Under the pieces are notes generated by a model. The model was not told the DNA's origin and made no database searches. It was given only the letters and a program-made list of their open reading frames with translations. Shown piece by piece: positions 24,867-33,456 of a DNA stretch of 64,000 bases. Origin of the DNA: Deltaproteobacteria bacterium (GTDB taxonomy: Bacteria > Myxococcota_A > UBA9042); NCBI GenBank assembly GCA_016875335.1, contig VGRO01000003.1, positions 10,343 to 74,342 of the forward strand, in the 5' to 3' direction. Numbering within the stretch: position 1 is the stretch's first letter; every line of letters begins with the position of its first letter. Position numbers and translations under genes: made by a program.

Positions 24867-25640
24867 TCACAGGTCCATCGCGCCTTCGGCCAAGCCGCGG
24901 ATGAACTGGTAGATGACCCCATCGCGGCTGTTGCGAAAGTCGGCCGGCGTGCCGTCGAGCCGCACATTGCCCTGATAGATCATGGCGATGCGGTCGGCGA
25001 CGGTGAAGATCGAGCGCAGATCGTGGCTGACGACGATCGACGTCACGCCTTGCTCGTCGCTCAACTGGCGAATCAGCCGGTCGACGTTGGCGGCGGCCAG
25101 CGGGTCCAGGCCCGTCGTGGGTTCGTCGAAGATGACGAAGTCCGGGTCCAGGGTCAGGGCCCGCGCGATCGCCACGCGCTTGCGCAGGCCGTCGCCAATG
25201 TCGCTCGGAAAGCGGTTGGCCATGTGGTCCATCTGCACGCGCCGCAAGAAGCCGATCGCGGCGTCGTGGGCCTGCCTGTGGTTGAGATCCTTGTGCTTGC
25301 GCAGCGGCAGCATCACGTTCTCGACCAGCGACATGGAGTCGAAGAGCGTCGAGTGCTGGAACACCATCGCGCAGCGCATGCGCACTGGGTAGAATTCCTT
25401 TTCGCTCAGGTGGGTGATGTCGCGGCCGTCGAGCAGCACTTGGCCGGCGTCCGGTTGGATGAGGCCGACCAAGTGCTTGACCAGCACGCTTTTGCCGGCG
25501 CCCGACAGACCCACGATGAACAGGATCTGCCCTTTGTCGACGACCAGCGACACGTCCTTTAGAACGTGCTTGCTGCCGAAGGCCTTGCTGATGTTGCGGA
25601 ATTCGATCAATGCTCGGACCCTGGGCCCATGGGGTGCCAT
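24867..25640 (-). CDS. MlaF/Mkl-like ABC transporter ATP-binding protein
   Basis: Walker A GLSGAGKS, MVFQHSTLFDSM, degenerate signature IGDGLRKR, DEPTTGLDP, VSHD. Start may be the TTG at 25610. Confidence 0.9.
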   Translation of the reverse strand: MAPHGPRVRALIEFRNISKAFGSKHVLKDVSLVVDKGQILFIVGLSGAGKSVLVKHLVGLIQPDAGQVLLDGRDITHLSEKEFYPVRMRCAMVFQHSTLFDSMSLVENVMLPLRKHKDLNHRQAHDAAIGFLRRVQMDHMANRFPSDIGDGLRKRVAIARALTLDPDFVIFDEPTTGLDPLAAANVDRLIRQLSDEQGVTSIVVSHDLRSIFTVADRIAMIYQGNVRLDGTPADFRNSRDGVIYQFIRGLAEGAMDL

Positions 25641-25724
25641 GCCCGTGGCCGCGCGCTAGCATAGCCGGCCGCAGCGGCGGCGGAAATTGCTCGCCCGCCG
25701 CATCCACCGGGAGCAGCCAAGGCC

Positions 25725-26066
25725 GTGTCGCGCGAGGAACTCATCGAAAGGTTGGACGACCTGCTGCACGATCTGGGCAAGCACCTGCTCTTGCCCGTGG
25801 CGCTGCTGCCGGCCACCGCGACGGCCGACGACCTGCGGGCCGCCATCGCAGCGGGGCTCCGCCAAGTGGCGGCGTGGCACGCGTTTCAGGCAGCCGGAGC
25901 GGCGGCGTTGGCCAACGACACCGGTTTCCGGCGGGTCCAAGCCACCGTGGCGGCGGCCTTGGTCTGGGCGGATGCGGTCGACGTGGACCGCGCCCAGGTC
26001 CAGGCGGATTTCGCGGCGGTCGGTCAGGCCGTGCGGGCCTGGCGCTTGCAGGTGGCCGGTGACTGA
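25725..26066 (+). CDS. small helical protein with an H-box-like motif (possible phosphotransfer protein)
   Basis: LDDLLHDLGKHL near the N-terminus; stop overlaps the next gene's start. Confidence 0.6.
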   Translation: MSREELIERLDDLLHDLGKHLLLPVALLPATATADDLRAAIAAGLRQVAAWHAFQAAGAAALANDTGFRRVQATVAAALVWADAVDVDRAQVQADFAAVGQAVRAWRLQVAGD

Positions 26067-27699
26067 GCGGCGGTCCGACCCAGTCCGGGTGCTGCTGGTC
26101 GATGACGGCCCGCGCTACCAGCAGACCCTGGCCGCCCTGGACAACGTACAGTTGCTGTCCATCGACGGGCAGTTGCGTGCGCCCGACGGCAAGGCTGCGC
26201 TGGACTGGCTCGACGGCCGCCGCGCAGAGGTCGACGTGGTGTTGCTCGACGTGCAGTTCGAGGTGCCAGACGATCGCCTGTTGCCGCTGGAGGTCGGGGC
26301 GTCGCCGCGCAAGACCCGCCGGTTCCAGGGCGTCGCCATCCTGCGCGAGATCCGCCGACGCTGGCCGGACCTGCCGGTGGTCTTGCTGACCGAATGGCAG
26401 GACCTTTCGCTGGCCGACGCCGCCGCCGACGTCTCGGCCACGCCGGTCACCTACTTCGCGGGCGCGGTGGACGCCGACACCTTGCGCATCCGGATCTGGT
26501 CGGCGCGCGCCGAGGCCACGCAACCGCTCGAAGACCAGGGGGTATTGTGGGGGCGGGACCCCGCGATGCGCGCCCTGCGCCACCGCCTGGCCGTGCTGGC
26601 GCGCGGCGGCCTGCCGATCGTGCTCGAAGGCGAGACCGGCACGGGCAAGTCGCACCTGGCGCGTGCGTTCATCCATCCGAACAGTGGCCGGCGTGGGCCC
26701 TTCGTGGCAATCGACCTCGCGACGGTGCCCGCCGAGTTGGTGCCCGCCACGCTCTTTGGCGCGCTGCGCGGCAGCTATACCGGGTCGGTGGCCGACCGCA
26801 AGGGAGCCTTTGAGGTCGCCCACAAGGGCACGCTGTTTCTCGACGAAATCCAGAATGTCCCGCTCGACATCCAAAAGCAGCTTTTGCGCGTCTTGCAGGA
26901 GGGCCGCGTGCAGCCCCTCGGCGCAGTGGCCGAGACCGAGGTCGACGTCAAGCTGGTGGTCGCCGCCAATGTGGCCCTTGCCGATCTCGTGGCGGCGGGG
27001 CGCTTCCGGCGCGACTTGTACATGCGGTTGTCGCCAGCGACCCGGGTGACAGTGCCGGCCTTGCGCGATCGGCGCCAGGACTACGCTTTGCTGTTGCGCC
27101 AGCTGACCGCCGCATGCGCCGAGCGGCCGGCTGTCCGGGCGTTGCTCGGCGAAGTCGCCAGCGGCATGGGCTTGCGTCGCGGGGCGGGCTTGCGGCTGGT
27201 GGTCGGCGCGGATATGCGCCATCCGCCAGCGGGCGACGCGCTCGAATTGGCGATGCCGGACGCCGCGTGGCGGGCGATCACCCAGCATCCATTCCCCGGC
27301 AATCTGCGCGAGATGGCCATGTTGGCCGAGAACCTCGCCAGCTTCACGTTGTTTTCTGCCGCCGAAGCCGCGCGGGCCGGGGTCGAACTGCACCACGGCC
27401 GCCTGCAAATCGATAGCGGTCTGGTCGTTGAACTGCTGAGCACGGCGCCGGCCGTCGAGGCGGTTGCGCCCGTCGATGACCGTGTGCCCGTGCGCGTGGC
27501 GCCGGCAGCGACCTTGGGTCAGTGCGCAGTCGCCGTCGAGCGCCAGGTCATGGAAGCGCTTTTCGTCCGCTGTCGCGGCGACCTCGGGGCGATGGCCGAA
27601 CTGCTGCTTGGCGACCGCGGCCGGGCCCGGGCCGTCCAACTGCGGCTGAACCAGTTGGGGTTGAGCGTGCGCCATCTGCGCGCCGACGGCGATCGATGA
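26059..27699 (+). CDS. NtrC-like response regulator (atypical receiver, sigma54-activator AAA+ domain, degenerate HTH)
   Basis: VLLVDDG...VVLLD, GETGTGKS, LFGALRGSYTGS, GTLFLDEI, LLRVLQE, GRFRRDLY.RL, PALRDRRQD, FPGNLREM. Confidence 0.88.
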   Translation: MTERRSDPVRVLLVDDGPRYQQTLAALDNVQLLSIDGQLRAPDGKAALDWLDGRRAEVDVVLLDVQFEVPDDRLLPLEVGASPRKTRRFQGVAILREIRRRWPDLPVVLLTEWQDLSLADAAADVSATPVTYFAGAVDADTLRIRIWSARAEATQPLEDQGVLWGRDPAMRALRHRLAVLARGGLPIVLEGETGTGKSHLARAFIHPNSGRRGPFVAIDLATVPAELVPATLFGALRGSYTGSVADRKGAFEVAHKGTLFLDEIQNVPLDIQKQLLRVLQEGRVQPLGAVAETEVDVKLVVAANVALADLVAAGRFRRDLYMRLSPATRVTVPALRDRRQDYALLLRQLTAACAERPAVRALLGEVASGMGLRRGAGLRLVVGADMRHPPAGDALELAMPDAAWRAITQHPFPGNLREMAMLAENLASFTLFSAAEAARAGVELHHGRLQIDSGLVVELLSTAPAVEAVAPVDDRVPVRVAPAATLGQCAVAVERQVMEALFVRCRGDLGAMAELLLGDRGRARAVQLRLNQLGLSVRHLRADGDR

Positions 27700-30473
27700 C
27701 CGGCGGCCTCGTGCTGTGGTCGTGGCTGGCGGTGGCGCCGATGACCCTGCCGGATGCCGCAACAGCGCTTTGCGCTGCGGTGCCCGATGATCCCGCAGCG
27801 AGCAGGGCCCTGGCGGCAACCCTGCTGGCCAAGGCCCGTGCCTTGCGCGAGGGCCGCGACATGGCGCGCGCTGCTGCCGCGCTGCGTCTGGCGGTGGCCG
27901 TGTGGACCAAGGATGCGGCCGCTTGGCACGAATTGGCGCAGCTCGAAGCCCAGTTGGGCCAGCCAGCTGCCGCAGAGGCCGCCTGGCGGCAGGCTGTGGC
28001 GGCGCAACCTGAGTTCGCGTTGGCCCGCCTCGCCTTCGCTGAATGGTTGGCCCAGCGCGGCCAAGGCGGCGACCTCGACCTTGCCGCCGAACTGCTGCGG
28101 CGAGCGCAGCGAGAACCGGGCGCCTCCTGCCTGTCCGCGCGCGTCGCCGCGTTGCGCGGTCAGTGCGACGACGCCGACCGGTCGTGGCAGGACTGCGCGC
28201 GCAATCCGCCGCGCAAGCCGAACCGCCCGCCGGTCGTCGAAGTACACCTGGCGCGCGGGCGCTGCCGGTTCGCCCGCGGGCAATACGACGCGGCCGAGGC
28301 GGACTGGGAACTGGCCGGCGCCGCCGGCGCCGACATCTCAGCCCAGCTTGCGCTTTTGGCAGAGGCGCGACGCAAGGTGGCCGTCGAGGCGCAGCCGGAG
28401 ATGCGCAAGGCCATGGCCACAGTCACCGAGTTGGCGCGTTCGGTCCTGCACGGCCTCGACCGCGGCCAGGAGCCGCCGGACCAGGGCTTGGCGCGCGCCG
28501 TCGCGGCGGCTCCAGCCGTGGGTATCGGCCACATCGCCCTGGGCGAACTTGCAGCCCGGCAAGGCCGGTTCGATCGCGCCGAACTGCATCTGCTGCGAGC
28601 GCTCGCTCTGCCGCTTGCCGATCTCGACCGCGGCCGCGCGCTGCGGGCGCTCGCCCGCCTGTGCGCCAGCGCGCAACCCGCGCCGCGGTGGGCCGAAGCT
28701 GCCGCCTTCTGGTCTGCCGCCGCGCCGATCGATGAGCTGCCGCGTGCCGACGAACTGGCGTGGTTGGAGGCGCTGCGCCGCACCGGTCAGTTGCGCGCGG
28801 CCCTGCGGCTGGCGACGCGTCTGTTGGCGCGCGCCGTCGACGGCGACGATCCGGCCGCTTCGGACTCGCTGCGCGAACTGCGCGCGCACAAGTTGGCGCT
28901 CGAATTGGCCGGGGGCACGACGATCGACGATCCGGTGGCCGCCCTGCCCGCGACCCACCCGGCGGCGCCCATCGACAGGGCCCGCGCCCTGGCCCGCGGC
29001 GACCGGTTGGCCGACGCCATCGCCGTCGTGCGCGCCGCGCTGCGCGACGGTCCGGCGCAGGCGGAATTGTGGCGCGATCTCGCCCACTACCAGCGGGCGG
29101 TCGGCGACGTGGATGCGTCGGTGGAGTCGCTGACGCGATCCCTCGAGGTGCGCGAGGCACAAGGGCCGGTGCACTGGACGCTGGGACGCTGGCTGATGGA
29201 TGCGGGCGACGATCGGACTGCGCTGCGCCATGTCCGCCGCGCCGAGTCCTTGGGGGTCGCAGCGGCTGTGCCAGTTGCCGTGCGCGCCGACCTCGACGAC
29301 CGTGCGCTGACGGGATGGGTGGGCCGCTTGGCCGATCGCGCGACGCTTGCCGCGCTGATCGCCCGCCTCGACCGGTGGGAGGCGCGCGCCCGCGCCGACC
29401 CGAATGTTGCCGATCGCGCCGCCGATGTCACAGAACTGCGTGCGGCTATCGCTGCGGAGCAGCGTCTTGCGGTCGCTGGCCAGGCGGCGCTGGCACTGGT
29501 GCTGGCCGCCGTCGGCGCCTGGGCGGCTTGGCGGCGTTGGGGTGGTGCGACGTTGCGCACGCTGGTGGCCGAGCATCCCGACACCGGCCCCGAGGTCCAG
29601 CGCATCGTCGCGGCCGTGCGCCATGAAGTCATCAAGCACAATACCTTGCGGCTCGGGGCAGCCGTGGAGGCGCTGGGTGCCGGCGACCGGGGCGCGGCGC
29701 TAGAGATCATCTACCAGATCGCCGGTCGCACCGACTCGCCGCGCGACAAGCTCGAGGACTACGCGGCGCAACTGGACCGCATCGGCAGGGCACGCGGGGT
29801 GCGACTGAACCTGCGCCGCCGCGACCCTACCTTCGCCGCGCTGTTTGCGGGCTTTGAGCTGCTCGGCGGCGCCATCACCGCGTTGACGAGGACGAGCCCA
29901 TGGCCGGTTGAGCGCCGCGGCCACGTGGACCGCCGGCTGCGCGCCGCCATGCGCATGTTGAACGCCAACGGCTACGCCGCGACGGCCACGTTGCTCGACA
30001 GCATGCGGCTCGTTCGGGTCGACGCCGTACTGCTGCGCGCAGCCTGCGATCAGGTGTGCGCCGAATCCGCGCAGGCGAGTGGGGCGATGACGCCGGTGGC
30101 CCTCGAAATCCACGTCGCCGATCTGTGGGTGGCGGCGCCGCGTTCCGCACTCAACGAGATCGTGGTCAACCTGGTGCGCAACGCGGTCCAAGCCACCCGC
30201 GACGGCGTGGCCGTCACCGTGGACGTGGACATTGCGCCGATCACTGCCCTGGAATCGGTGGTCGTCGCCGTGCGCGATCGTGGGCCGCCGTTGGCCGCGT
30301 CGGCGGTTGCACAACCCCAAGCTGATCACGGTCTTGGCCTGGTGCTCGCGCTGGTCGACCGCCATGGTGGGGCCCTCGAGGTCACGCCCGCGCCCGCGCC
30401 GTGGACCAAAGCGGTGGCGGTCCGCCTGCCGCGCGCCTACCCTACCGCCATGGAACCGTTGGCCGCGCTGTGA
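27696..30473 (+). CDS. membrane sensor histidine kinase-like protein with a large TPR extracytoplasmic region
   Basis: Hydrophobic N-terminus, TPR-like Ala-rich helices, one TM ([16 protein letters not shown]), H-box VRHEVIKH, N-box NLVRNAVQA, G1 VRDRG, G2 HGLGL, HGGALEV. ATGA coupling to the upstream gene. Confidence 0.75.
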   Translation: MTGGLVLWSWLAVAPMTLPDAATALCAAVPDDPAASRALAATLLAKARALREGRDMARAAAALRLAVAVWTKDAAAWHELAQLEAQLGQPAAAEAAWRQAVAAQPEFALARLAFAEWLAQRGQGGDLDLAAELLRRAQREPGASCLSARVAALRGQCDDADRSWQDCARNPPRKPNRPPVVEVHLARGRCRFARGQYDAAEADWELAGAAGADISAQLALLAEARRKVAVEAQPEMRKAMATVTELARSVLHGLDRGQEPPDQGLARAVAAAPAVGIGHIALGELAARQGRFDRAELHLLRALALPLADLDRGRALRALARLCASAQPAPRWAEAAAFWSAAAPIDELPRADELAWLEALRRTGQLRAALRLATRLLARAVDGDDPAASDSLRELRAHKLALELAGGTTIDDPVAALPATHPAAPIDRARALARGDRLADAIAVVRAALRDGPAQAELWRDLAHYQRAVGDVDASVESLTRSLEVREAQGPVHWTLGRWLMDAGDDRTALRHVRRAESLGVAAAVPVAVRADLDDRALTGWVGRLADRATLAALIARLDRWEARARADPNVADRAADVTELRAAIAAEQRLAVAGQAALALVLAAVGAWAAWRRWGGATLRTLVAEHPDTGPEVQRIVAAVRHEVIKHNTLRLGAAVEALGAGDRGAALEIIYQIAGRTDSPRDKLEDYAAQLDRIGRARGVRLNLRRRDPTFAALFAGFELLGGAITALTRTSPWPVERRGHVDRRLRAAMRMLNANGYAATATLLDSMRLVRVDAVLLRAACDQVCAESAQASGAMTPVALEIHVADLWVAAPRSALNEIVVNLVRNAVQATRDGVAVTVDVDIAPITALESVVVAVRDRGPPLAASAVAQPQADHGLGLVLALVDRHGGALEVTPAPAPWTKAVAVRLPRAYPTAMEPLAAL

Positions 30474-30946
30474 CCCCTCCCACCGTGATGATCGCCGAAG
30501 ATGGCGACGAATACCTCGAGACGCTGGGCCGCATGGGCGGCGAATTCAGCTGGCTGCAAGCCAAGAGTGCCAGGGTCGCTGTCGAGTTGGTTGGCCGACA
30601 CCCGGTGACCTGTGCGGTCCTCGACATGCGGTTCGACCGCGTGGCGCGCGGCGACCTTGCCGGCGATTTCACGGCTGCGCTGCGGCAGGTCGGCGGCGAT
30701 TCCGAGCGGGCGTGGCGCTATCTGGCCCAGCACCAAGGCCTTTTCGTCCTGGCGGCCTTGCGCGCGGCCGGCTGGCGCGGCCCGGGGCTCATCGCCTACG
30801 ATTTCACCCGCGAACTGCGGCGGTTCGAGGCGCTGCGCAGCCAATACGCGCCGCTGGACTGGATCGGCGACGACGCGACGGCCGCGGCGTGGCGCAAGAA
30901 GTTGGCCGCAGCTTGCGGCATCGCCACCGAGGAGGTCTTGTCGTGA
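30470..30946 (+). CDS. single-domain atypical receiver protein
   Basis: VMIAEDG...CAVLDMRFD...QGLFVLAALR. GTGA overlaps at both ends. Confidence 0.7.
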   Translation: MTPPTVMIAEDGDEYLETLGRMGGEFSWLQAKSARVAVELVGRHPVTCAVLDMRFDRVARGDLAGDFTAALRQVGGDSERAWRYLAQHQGLFVLAALRAAGWRGPGLIAYDFTRELRRFEALRSQYAPLDWIGDDATAAAWRKKLAAACGIATEEVLS

Positions 30947-31353
30947 CCCCCGAATGCATCCATCACCTCGGCATCGTCGTGCGCGATCTCGACCAGGGCC
31001 TCGCGGTGTGGCGCGACGGTCTCGGCTTGGCGGTCGAGCGCATCGTCGAACTGCCCGACCGCGGGCTCAAGATTGCGTTCCTGCCCTGTGGTCCGACCAC
31101 CATCGAACTCATCGCGCCGCTGCACGACCACAGCGAGGTGAGCAAGTTCCTGTACGAGCGCGGTGGCGGCTTGCACCACGTGTGCCTGCAAGTGCCGGAC
31201 ATCGCGGCGGCCAGCGCGCAGGCCGCGGATCATGGCCTGCGCATGCTGGGCGATGGACCCAAGCCAGGCGCAGAAGGCTTTCCGGTCCGTTTCGCACACC
31301 CCAAGACGACCGCCGGGGCCCTGGTCGAACTGTTGGAAACGACGAATGGCTAG
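30943..31353 (+). CDS. mce: methylmalonyl-CoA epimerase (VOC family)
   Basis: IHHLGIVV.DL, IELIAP, SKFL.ERGGGLHHVCL.V.DI, GAEG..V.F.HPK...G.LVEL.E. Confidence 0.85.
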   Translation: MTPECIHHLGIVVRDLDQGLAVWRDGLGLAVERIVELPDRGLKIAFLPCGPTTIELIAPLHDHSEVSKFLYERGGGLHHVCLQVPDIAAASAQAADHGLRMLGDGPKPGAEGFPVRFAHPKTTAGALVELLETTNG

Positions 31354-31356
31354 CGT

Positions 31357-33336
31357 TCAGTCGGCGTCCGCCGCCGGCACGTTCGGCGCGGACTCTGCGG
31401 CCGATTCGCTGGGCTGCGTTCCGTAGAGCGAGGCGGCCATGCGCGCCTGGACCTCGCCGTGGCTCAAGTGCCGGCGCTGGACCAGGAACTGCGGCCAGAA
31501 CTTGTGTGGCGTCGCCCGAGCGCCCTTGCCGATGCCGGGCTGGTGGCGCAGCGCCCGCTCGATCAGCCGCGCAGCGTTGTCGCGCCAAGGGGCCGGCATC
31601 GCCAGCGCCTGCACCAGGGGGCCCAGGCGACCCGCGCCCAGGTCCACGCCATGGCGGGCGAAGCCGTCGCGCACCACTTCGGCGAGGCTGACGTCCGCGC
31701 CGAGGCGATCGAAGAACTGCGACCAGAGGGCCTTCTCTGCGGCGGGGTCGAGCGGTTGGTCCGGCGACAACTGCGGCACTCCCGCACCGTTCAGGGCCAC
31801 GAGGTCGGTCGTGACGTGAGCGGTGGCGCGCTCCAACAACTGCCGTGCGGCGTCCCGCACGGGCGCCTCGGCATCGTCCAACAGCGCCACGGCGGCGCGC
31901 GCGGCCGGCAACGTCGGGTCGTCGGTCAGCAGTTGGACGGCCACCTTGCGCACCGTGACGTCGGGCGTTGTGACGTCGCCCGTAGGGGCCGGCAGGGTAC
32001 GCCGATCACCGAAGGCCGCGGCAAGCGCATCCGACGCCCGCAGCCGGCCCAGCCCGAGCAGCATTTGCGCGGCCGCCAATGCCGCGGTTTCCTTGCGCAG
32101 CGCCTCGCCCAGCAACGCCGCGGCGTCCGCACGGTCCCAGTCGGCCAGGACGCGAGCCGCCTCCGCGCGCACCAGTGCCGAACGATCCTGCAATGCGTGG
32201 GCGACCTTGGCGTACCCTTCACCGTCGCGGTACAGGCCGATCAGGTACACCGCATCGGCGCGCGCATGCGCCTCGTCGCCCTCCACGGTCCGCCGGATGG
32301 CCTCCAACCGCGCACGCACGCCGGCCGGGTGGCCCCAAGCGGATTGGGGCGCCCGCGAGGCGTCGACGCACCCCTGCTCGCGATCGGCGGCCGAGCAGCC
32401 GATGCGCACATGCACGTGGTCGTTGTGCGGCATCGCCTTCTTGGGCTGGTGCACCTTGGCCGCGACCCGGGCGATGACCTTCTTGTCCACCTTGTGCTTG
32501 GCGGCGTAGTGCAGCGCTGGCCAACTGAGCCAACTGGCGATGAAAAGGTACTGCAGCTCGTCGCCCGAGCACTCGACCAGCGATCGCAGCAACGTCCAGT
32601 TCGCGGCGACATCGAAGGTGAGGGGCTCCGGCGCGTCGGTGGACTGGCCGCTTTGGTCAAAGTGGTAGAGGCGGGCCATGTCGGCCGGCCGGCCCAGGGC
32701 GTCGAGCGCGTAGAACGCGACATCGGCGTCGCGGCCATTGTGGTGCGACACGCTCCACGGCAGCGGTCCGCCGGCCTGTCGCGACAGATTGCCCAATTGC
32801 AGCACCCGCCCCGGGTGCTCCTTGGCGACGCGCTCGGCCGCGCACAGCAGCACATCGGCCATTGCGCGGGTCGTGAAGCGGGTGTTGCGCGGAGCGACCT
32901 TTTCCATGATCCGGTGGTGCGCCCCCGTCTGCGTCACTTCCACGGCCTCGGCGATGTAGCCCGCAGTGACGGTGCCGACACTGGCCGACCCGCCGCGCTC
33001 GCTGCCAATCCGCGGGTGTCGGCGGACGCCGAGCGGCATCACCCACGGGTCCAGGCCCGCCTCGGATTCGCGGCGGCCGCGGCGCATCAGTGGTTCGGCG
33101 ACGCGGAGTTCGCCGTCCGATTCGTACGCATGGGTGGGTTCGACCGGGCCCTGGGGCCCGAGTGCGGCGGGCGCCGCGGCCATCAACGGCGGCGTCGTCG
33201 GCGCGGGCGAGGGCCGCGGTTCCAGCGCAGCACAGGTCGTCACCAGCGGGATTGCTGCTGCAAGCACGGCGGCGCGGCGCCCGGCGATCGCCTGGAGCCA
33301 CTGCTGGCTGCGACTCAATGAAACCTGCGGGGGCAT
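31357..33336 (-). CDS. penicillin-insensitive murein endopeptidase (MepA-like) fused to HEAT-like repeats
   Basis: GNLS..AGG....SVSHHNGRDAD, NWTLL..L, FIA, HNDHVHVRI.C; C-terminal ALQDRSALVRAEAARVL and LLDDAEAPVRDAA repeats. Confidence 0.82.
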   Translation of the reverse strand: MPPQVSLSRSQQWLQAIAGRRAAVLAAAIPLVTTCAALEPRPSPAPTTPPLMAAAPAALGPQGPVEPTHAYESDGELRVAEPLMRRGRRESEAGLDPWVMPLGVRRHPRIGSERGGSASVGTVTAGYIAEAVEVTQTGAHHRIMEKVAPRNTRFTTRAMADVLLCAAERVAKEHPGRVLQLGNLSRQAGGPLPWSVSHHNGRDADVAFYALDALGRPADMARLYHFDQSGQSTDAPEPLTFDVAANWTLLRSLVECSGDELQYLFIASWLSWPALHYAAKHKVDKKVIARVAAKVHQPKKAMPHNDHVHVRIGCSAADREQGCVDASRAPQSAWGHPAGVRARLEAIRRTVEGDEAHARADAVYLIGLYRDGEGYAKVAHALQDRSALVRAEAARVLADWDRADAAALLGEALRKETAALAAAQMLLGLGRLRASDALAAAFGDRRTLPAPTGDVTTPDVTVRKVAVQLLTDDPTLPAARAAVALLDDAEAPVRDAARQLLERATAHVTTDLVALNGAGVPQLSPDQPLDPAAEKALWSQFFDRLGADVSLAEVVRDGFARHGVDLGAGRLGPLVQALAMPAPWRDNAARLIERALRHQPGIGKGARATPHKFWPQFLVQRRHLSHGEVQARMAASLYGTQPSESAAESAPNVPAADAD

Positions 33337-33373
33337 CGGCGGCCGAAAAGCGCAGGGCAGGGCGCCCCGCCGC

Positions 33374-33402
33374 AATCTAGCAAATCCAACGCAACGGTCG
33401 AA
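33374..33402 (-). promoter_or_regulatory. putative sigma70 promoter of the MepA-HEAT gene
   Basis: Minus strand TTCGAC-17 bp-TAGATT with an extended -10 TG. Confidence 0.5.
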
Positions 33403-33456
33403 TTTGCCGCGCTGGCAGCGACGCACCGGTGCCGCCCTTGGTTCACGCCGAAGCGA

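Noticed and set aside
25646-25661. GG-N10-GC sigma54-like site (TGGCCG-N5-TAGCA) upstream of the signalling operon
   Set aside because: Three mismatches to TGGCAC-N5-TTGCA, and it overlaps a likely -10 (TATGCT) of the divergent ABC gene. Too weak to call.
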